Shown piece after piece: positions 58,379 through 64,000 of a DNA stretch of 64,000 nt (positions are counted from its first letter, which is position 1; every line of letters starts with the position of its first letter). The stretch is taken from assembly GCA_913046035.1 (NCBI GenBank), contig CAJWSW010000002.1, forward strand, positions 4,046-68,045, given 5' to 3'. Origin of the DNA: an uncultured Alphaproteobacteria bacterium. GTDB taxonomy: Bacteria; Pseudomonadota; Alphaproteobacteria; MPNO01; UBA830. The notes beneath the pieces are model-generated. The model was not told the DNA's origin, ran no database searches, and was given only the letters and a program-made list of their open reading frames with translations. The position numbers were made by a program, and so were the translations under genes.

Positions 58379-60454
58379 TTAATCCTCCGTAACGAAGGTG
58401 ACCATGTAATTATTCAGGGCGTCAACGGTAACTCTATCACCTGGGCCAACAAGAATTGTCGTGGTCGCCTCCTCAATGATTGCGGGGCCAACGAAACCTT
58501 GACCATGGCTCAGGTCAGCGCCGCGATATATGGGAGTATCGAGAAAATCACGCGCAGACTCAGCATAGACGGGTCGCCTCTCGATCGGACTTACCTCTAC
58601 TTTCACTGCATCAAATTTTGGATCCTCGAGAGGGGGTAACTTGCCAATTCCGACAACGCGCAGTTTTGCAATATTTATCCGACTCTCAGGATTAATATGG
58701 CCAAATTGACGGTCATATTCGATCTCGAACGCCGTACGGATTTCGTCCGGCATCGCATCCGGATCGAGCGCAACCCGGACGTCCCATTGCTGCCCCTCAT
58801 AATGAAGATCCAACTCATATCCAAACTCAGTATTTTCCTCGCTAAAACCCTCGTTTTGCAGGGCTTCTAGCGCTTGTTTTGCAAGATGCGTGTAACCTTC
58901 AGAGATGACATTTGCCGTATCTGCGTTTAGTTCGCGCATAACTACCTGGACGAAATCACGGCGCACGTCCGCATGTTGCATTCCAATCGCACAAAACGCA
59001 CCGGCCTGACGAGGGATATAAACCGCCCTTGCCCCCAACTTACGTCCGACGCTTGCGCCATGCATCGGACCTGCTCCGCCACAGGCAATCAATATGAAGC
59101 GACCAGGGTTATAACCACGCTGTATGCTTATCCTTTCAACAGCATGAAGTAGGTTCTGTTCTACGATACGGATAAGGCCTGCCGCCGCATCGGTGCGGGA
59201 GATGCCTGCCGGGTTAGCGATTTCGGTGTCTAAGGCCTTTTCGGCAAGCGACATATCCAGCGATACTGAACCACCAGCATAAGGCCCCGGTCGCATTCGG
59301 CCAAGGACCAGATGCGCGTCAGTAACTGTCGGCCGTGTTCCGCCCAGCCCGTAAGCCGCTGGGCCTGGATTAGCGCCCGCTCCTTCGGGACCCGCGTACA
59401 TCAACCCAGCGCCATCAATACCAGAAATCGTGCCGCCACCTGCCCCTACAGTGTGGATATCAACCGAAGGCGTCACCAAGTCGTAATCGTTTACAGACAG
59501 CGCGTCGGTAATCGCAACACGGCCTTCATGCATAAGCATCACGTCACAACTGGTACCACCGATTTCCATGCTAACAAGGTTATTCTCGCCTATCCCCGTT
59601 GCGAGATGCTGCATCGCTCCGACACCTGCAGACGGGCCAGACAGCAACAAGTTTACTGGTTGACGTATCAGCTGATCCAGCGACGCAGCTCCGCCGTTAG
59701 ACTGCAGCATCAAAAGCTTCGTCTTCAGGCCCATGTCGATCAACTTTTGTTGCAACGCAGTGAGATAGGTCGCAACGCGCGGCATCACATATGCATTCAC
59801 GGCGGTGGTCGAGGTGCGTTCGTATTCTCCCATGATAGGAACAATGTCGGAAGACACTGAGACCCACTCGCAGACGTTTTCATCACGCACTAATTTGGCG
59901 ACGGCGTCTTCGTGGGAAGTGTTTACAAAGCTATTCAAAAGACTGACGGCGATGGACTCAACACCTTCATCACGAAATGTCGCGCATGCAATCCTAACAT
60001 CATCAAGGTTTACAGGCTCGATCTCATTTCCTTTCGCGTCAATACGTCCCCCTACCGGAAGCCGCAAATAGCGTGGGATCAACACCGGCGGGTAGGGTGT
60101 CCGGTGATCCCAGGGATCCTTACGGAGCCCGCGCCGCGCTTCAAGGCTATCGCGGAAGCCGGTGGTGGTCAGTAAGCCAACGACTGCACCCTTACCCTCA
60201 AGCAATGTATTGGTTGCGACCGTAGAGCCGTGAAGAAAAAACTGGCAATTGCCAAGAAACTTTTCTATCGGTTGATTAAGTGACGCACAGGCAGTGAGCA
60301 GCGCATCAATAACACCCTCGCCCGGATCAGCCGGTACTGATGGCACTTTATATACCTCGGTTCGCCCGTCGCTATCGGCTACAACAAGATCGGTAAAGGT
60401 TCCGCCTACATCTACACCGACGCGCCATGGCGGTGACTTAATTGTTATCGTCAT
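58379..60454 (-). CDS. Hydantoinase A/oxoprolinase family protein (HyuA), ATP-dependent
   Basis: N-terminal RVGVDVGGTFTDLV ASKHA ATPase motif. 691 aa. Confidence 0.85.
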   Translation of the reverse strand: MTITIKSPPWRVGVDVGGTFTDLVVADSDGRTEVYKVPSVPADPGEGVIDALLTACASLNQPIEKFLGNCQFFLHGSTVATNTLLEGKGAVVGLLTTTGFRDSLEARRGLRKDPWDHRTPYPPVLIPRYLRLPVGGRIDAKGNEIEPVNLDDVRIACATFRDEGVESIAVSLLNSFVNTSHEDAVAKLVRDENVCEWVSVSSDIVPIMGEYERTSTTAVNAYVMPRVATYLTALQQKLIDMGLKTKLLMLQSNGGAASLDQLIRQPVNLLLSGPSAGVGAMQHLATGIGENNLVSMEIGGTSCDVMLMHEGRVAITDALSVNDYDLVTPSVDIHTVGAGGGTISGIDGAGLMYAGPEGAGANPGPAAYGLGGTRPTVTDAHLVLGRMRPGPYAGGSVSLDMSLAEKALDTEIANPAGISRTDAAAGLIRIVEQNLLHAVERISIQRGYNPGRFILIACGGAGPMHGASVGRKLGARAVYIPRQAGAFCAIGMQHADVRRDFVQVVMRELNADTANVISEGYTHLAKQALEALQNEGFSEENTEFGYELDLHYEGQQWDVRVALDPDAMPDEIRTAFEIEYDRQFGHINPESRINIAKLRVVGIGKLPPLEDPKFDAVKVEVSPIERRPVYAESARDFLDTPIYRGADLSHGQGFVGPAIIEEATTTILVGPGDRVTVDALNNYMVTFVTED

Positions 60455-60596
60455 AAAAGTTCCCGATCAAGTCTCCGAAAATTAGTCGGCTATTATACTC
60501 CCTATTCGGAGCGTTTGGTCAAATCGTGACTAAGCAATGCTGCCTGAAATACATCCAAAGCCATTAGGGCGGCTTAAAAATTAATGAAAAAGAAGA

Positions 60597-61664
60597 TCAG
60601 TCAGCAGCCTGAGCCGTCTTTTTTTCGTCGCCATAACGGCGACGGATTACACGTCGCATCGCCAACAACCCCTCATCTGCGGGAATGGTGCCTCGAGGGT
60701 TTGCATCCCTGTTCAGTGCTTTTGGATCCATGTCGATTGCGCGCTGCTGCGCCTCATAAATATGAAGATCTTCTCGCAAAACATTGTTCATCTGCTCAAC
60801 AAAGAGCTCGCGCATATGCTCCGGCACCTTGTCCTCATGCCCGGCGACGGTCCAAAACTGATGGGTTGTAGTTTCTGTTTCCGGGGTCATTGCGTGGTAT
60901 ACGACAAACCCCCAATCACCCTGATCATGATTTCGGGTTTTCTGGTCAGCACCAACGCCAGCGTCCACGGAACCATTGTTAATGTTTATATATGCGGGCG
61001 GAATGAATTGGCTCATTTGCCAACGGTCGATATTATTTTTAAATCCACCGTACTGACGAAATGCAAGTGCTGGCTCAATATCTTCCATCCAGCGGGTTAC
61101 TCGGACACTGTCGCCATCCAGCTCCGTTGTAAGTTGCGCCATTTCCGCTACAGCCCGGTTACCGGTGGTCGAGCCATGTACGTAAGTAAGGTGCGACAGG
61201 TCCAAAAGGTTATCTAGAATCAGACGGTAACCAGCGTTGACGTAGGTTTGTCCCTGCGCCTTAATCCAATGTTCGTTTTCGTTATATTGATGATAGTCAG
61301 GTAGCAAAGCCTCATCGGCTTTTGAAGGGTCGCCCGGCCAGTAGAATAACCATCCGTTCCGTTCAGCAACCGGATAGCGTTTCACGGTTGCCCAGGTCGG
61401 TGCCGTTTCTGACCCAGGCAGATGAATGCAATTGCCATCACAGTTAAAAATCATGCCGTGGTAACCGCACTCAATGTCATCGCCTACCAATCTCCCTTCA
61501 GATAGGGGTAGGTTTCGGTGCGGACAACGGTTTTCCAATGCAACGGGTGTCCCATCCTCCTTGCGGTAAAAAACGATATATTTGTTTAACAGAACACGAC
61601 CAAGAAGCTCGCGGTCAACATCTCTCGACCATGCCCCCACATACCAACAATTTTTAAGAAACAT
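60597..61664 (-). CDS. Rieske [2Fe-2S] non-heme-iron oxygenase alpha subunit, VanA-like (O/N-demethylase/monooxygenase family)
   Basis: MFLKNCWYV... CPHRNLPLSEGRLVGDDIECGYHG Rieske motif. WPGD. 355 aa, collinear with VanA-type proteins. Confidence 0.8.
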   Translation of the reverse strand: MFLKNCWYVGAWSRDVDRELLGRVLLNKYIVFYRKEDGTPVALENRCPHRNLPLSEGRLVGDDIECGYHGMIFNCDGNCIHLPGSETAPTWATVKRYPVAERNGWLFYWPGDPSKADEALLPDYHQYNENEHWIKAQGQTYVNAGYRLILDNLLDLSHLTYVHGSTTGNRAVAEMAQLTTELDGDSVRVTRWMEDIEPALAFRQYGGFKNNIDRWQMSQFIPPAYININNGSVDAGVGADQKTRNHDQGDWGFVVYHAMTPETETTTHQFWTVAGHEDKVPEHMRELFVEQMNNVLREDLHIYEAQQRAIDMDPKALNRDANPRGTIPADEGLLAMRRVIRRRYGDEKKTAQAAD

Positions 61665-61816
61665 TTACACCCTCGCAAAACCAGATCTAAACATTCTGGG
61701 CCGGATAATAAGCAATCCGATTTTCAGTATGGTGACCCGCAGAGAGGGGAGTCAATGGTCCAAAGGGGAACGTTTTGGGGTAGTGTAAAGTCCAGTGAAA
61801 AGGAGAACGAGCTGAT

Positions 61817-64000
61817 ATGGGGTATATGGGGCAGCCACTGAAACGTCGTGAAGACGCTCGATTTTTGAGAGGATCAGGACGGTATGTAGACGACATTGTT
61901 TTGCCAAATATGGCATGGTGCGCCTTCTTACGGTCACCACATGCTCATGCAGAGATCAAAGGGATCAATTCTTCAGTAGCGAGAAGAATGCCGGGTATTC
62001 TAAAAATCCTTACCCACACGGAATGGGAAGCAGCGGGGCTTGGCCAACTTACTGTAGTTCACCCAATGCCGTTTGACGACGGAAGGCTGATGAATGAGAG
62101 TCCGCGCCCGGCGTTCGCGTCTGATCGAGTTCGCCACGTGGGCGATGTCGTTGCCGCTGTTATTGCAGAAACTAGGGCGCAGGCGGAAGACGCGGTTGAT
62201 ATAATAGAGGTTGAGTATAATATCCTGCCCTCAGTGACGGATGTGTCCCGCGCGCTGGATACAAACGCACCAATTATTCACCCACAATTTGGTGATAACA
62301 CGGTCTTTGAGATCGAAAAGGGCGACCCTGAAGCAACGACGCGCGCCCTTGCAGACGCATTCGAAGTTGTTGAAATGACGTTACCTTCGAACCGGGTAGC
62401 GGGTAGCCCTATGGAGCCACGGTCGTACCTATGTGATTTCGATATTGCTACGGAGCGTTACACTCTCTATGCCACTACTCAAACACCTCACTATCTTAGA
62501 CGCTGGCTTTCGAATTACACATTGTTTGTGCCCGAGAGTAATATCCGGGTCATTGCGCCGGACGTTGGCGGGGGCTTTGGTTTAAAGGTCCATTATTCGG
62601 TAGAGGCACCAACAGTGGCTTGGGCGGCTGGCATCCTTGGCAGACCCGTCAAGTGGACCGCAACGCGATCTGAATGCCTAGTGTCAGATTCCCAAGCCCG
62701 CGACCATCATACTGTCGCTAGAATGGGCTTTTCGAAGAACGGCGACATTCTGGCGCTGCAGGTCGACACCGTCGCGGCGCTCGGCGGGTATTTGTCAAAC
62801 TTCGCGCCGAGCATTCCTGGTAACTCCTATCCCCAAACCCTAACCGGCCTTTATCGCACACCAGTCGCCCATCTCCGGGTGCGAGGCGCCTACACAAACA
62901 CCGTGCCGGTAGATGCCTATCGCGGTTCCGGCAGACCGGAAGCGGCCTGGGTCAACGAGCGACTAACCGAACAGGGTGCCCGGCAACTAGGTATTGATGT
63001 AGCGGAAATCCGACGCAAAAATTTTATACGTGCCGAGGACTTCCCTTACCCGACCCCGAGTGGGCGCACCTACGACTGCGGTAACCCGCCGCTGCTTTTT
63101 GAGAAGCTTATTCGTCTGGCAAACTACGAAGCCCTCCGGGCCGAACAGATATGCAAGCGTGACGAGGGAAAACTTATGGGCATCGGTATATCTTGCTTTC
63201 TTGATAAATCGGGAACAGGAAATAGCGCAAATCTCGCATCCCGCGGTGGCATGCACGGTGGGTATGAGAGTGCGATCGTTAGGGTTCATACCGATGGACG
63301 TGTCACACTTTTTTCCGGGAGCCATAGCCATGGTCAGGGACACGACATCACCTATTCCCAAATCGTGGCTGACCGGCTTGGGATCAACGTTGATGAAATA
63401 AATTTAGTAGAGGGTGACACCGACATGGTGCCGTTCGGCAATGGCACCTGGGGGTCGAGGTCATTGACGGTTGGAGGCTCGGCAATGATGATTGCGGCCG
63501 ACCGTATTGCTGCTCGAGCCCGAGAGATTGCTGCTCACATGCTCGAATGCGCCGAGCGAGATTTGGAATATGCTAATGCCGTTTACACCGTGCGGGGGAC
63601 CGACCGACAGGTTTCATTTAAGGATATCGCCGACAGTGCCTATCACGGTGCGCTGCTGCCGCCAAATGCCGACGGCACTGTTACGCCGGGACTCGAAGAG
63701 ACCGTATTCTGGGAACCAAAGGACACGAATGATCCGCAAGCCATGCATTTGGCCGTTGTTTTGGTAGATTCCGATACAGGTGTAGTCACCCTTCGAGATT
63801 ACTTCACTTCTGATGATTGCGGCGTAGTGATAAATCCGATGATAGTTGAGGGCCAAATCCACGGCGGCCTGGGGCAGGGTATTGGCCAGGCACTTATGGA
63901 AGATGTGATCTACGATCATAATGGGGGCGGACAGCTGCTAACCGGAACATTTACCGATTATTGTTTGCCACGCGCAGACGATCTTCCATCGTTCAACCAA
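61817..64000 (+). CDS. Molybdopterin-binding xanthine-dehydrogenase-family large subunit (CoxL-like Mo hydroxylase), partial; continues past window end
   Basis: AGGAG SD, 11 nt, then ATG. 728 codons open to the end. VDAYRGSGRPEA active-site loop (AYRGAGR type, not CO-DH AYRCSFR). Not in the ORF track because it is open-ended. Confidence 0.85.
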   Translation, partial: MGYMGQPLKRREDARFLRGSGRYVDDIVLPNMAWCAFLRSPHAHAEIKGINSSVARRMPGILKILTHTEWEAAGLGQLTVVHPMPFDDGRLMNESPRPAFASDRVRHVGDVVAAVIAETRAQAEDAVDIIEVEYNILPSVTDVSRALDTNAPIIHPQFGDNTVFEIEKGDPEATTRALADAFEVVEMTLPSNRVAGSPMEPRSYLCDFDIATERYTLYATTQTPHYLRRWLSNYTLFVPESNIRVIAPDVGGGFGLKVHYSVEAPTVAWAAGILGRPVKWTATRSECLVSDSQARDHHTVARMGFSKNGDILALQVDTVAALGGYLSNFAPSIPGNSYPQTLTGLYRTPVAHLRVRGAYTNTVPVDAYRGSGRPEAAWVNERLTEQGARQLGIDVAEIRRKNFIRAEDFPYPTPSGRTYDCGNPPLLFEKLIRLANYEALRAEQICKRDEGKLMGIGISCFLDKSGTGNSANLASRGGMHGGYESAIVRVHTDGRVTLFSGSHSHGQGHDITYSQIVADRLGINVDEINLVEGDTDMVPFGNGTWGSRSLTVGGSAMMIAADRIAARAREIAAHMLECAERDLEYANAVYTVRGTDRQVSFKDIADSAYHGALLPPNADGTVTPGLEETVFWEPKDTNDPQAMHLAVVLVDSDTGVVTLRDYFTSDDCGVVINPMIVEGQIHGGLGQGIGQALMEDVIYDHNGGGQLLTGTFTDYCLPRADDLPSFNQ

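Noticed and set aside
59312-60175. Plus-strand ORFs (182, 88, 87 aa) inside hyuA
   Set aside because: Antisense to the hydantoinase A CDS. Arg-rich composition.
60584-61217. Plus-strand ORFs (95 and 151 aa) inside the Rieske oxygenase gene
   Set aside because: Antisense to a CDS with intact Rieske and mononuclear-iron motifs.
1-64000. Searched for tRNA T-arm signatures (GGTTCGAATCC-like), CRISPR-style direct repeats, IS inverted repeats, transposase or integrase ORFs
   Set aside because: None spotted. The window looks like stable core chromosome rather than a mobile island. A tRNAscan, Aragorn or CRISPR finder run would confirm.

Overview
This 64 kb window reads as a contiguous piece of an alphaproteobacterial chromosome with about 50% GC. 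The clade call rests on alphaproteobacteria-specific families: GapR/DUF2312, DUF1192, DUF1013, DUF465, a COQ9-like gene divergent from rpsU, a ZauP-like gene next to zapA, and a perfect CtrA-type TTAA-N7-TTAA box.

Most of the window is dense housekeeping:
- tolB (partial), tolA, tolR, tolQ, ybgC, ruvB, ruvA, ruvC and yebC.
- zapA, a candidate 6S RNA, and the 5-formyl-THF cyclo-ligase gene in the classic ssrS synteny.
- A class I fructose-bisphosphate aldolase and thiE.
- The EF-P beta-lysylation module epmA, epmB and efp.
- suhB, the zinc-independent ribosomal protein L31 (rpmE), a quinone oxidoreductase (qor), purE, purK, def and rpsU.
- A split biotin locus with bioF-bioD on one strand and bioB-bioA on the other.
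- fadD, an SDR oxidoreductase, gapR, an EamA transporter, glycerate kinase, pyruvate kinase and glcDEF.
- A YkgO-type L36 gene that the 60-aa ORF track missed.

Three regions are not ordinary and are the best candidates for an undescribed system:
1. A three-gene stator-like module at 15560-19052. It encodes an OmpA-like proline-repeat protein, a MotA/ExbB-like channel with a 190-aa coiled-coil tail, and a MotB-like protein with the conserved TM aspartate, a 270-aa coiled coil and a peptidoglycan-binding domain. It is a paralog of the genuine Tol-Pal machine in the same window and has no flagellar, TonB or Zorya effector partners.
2. A minus-strand operon at 32320-38866 that translationally couples a Baeyer-Villiger monooxygenase to a split ThDP-dependent decarboxylase (ComD/ComE-like), with a cupin, an ABC1/UbiB kinase and PepF.
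3. A catabolic cluster of unknown substrate at 52013-64000. It contains an MBL hydrolase, a FAH hydratase, a TenA/PqqC-like heme-oxygenase-fold protein, an orphan PreA-like Fe-S flavoprotein, ATP-dependent hydantoinase/oxoprolinase HyuA/HyuB, a VanA-like Rieske oxygenase and a divergent CoxL-family molybdenum hydroxylase that runs off the window.

I did not spot tRNA, rRNA, CRISPR, transposase or integrase signals.
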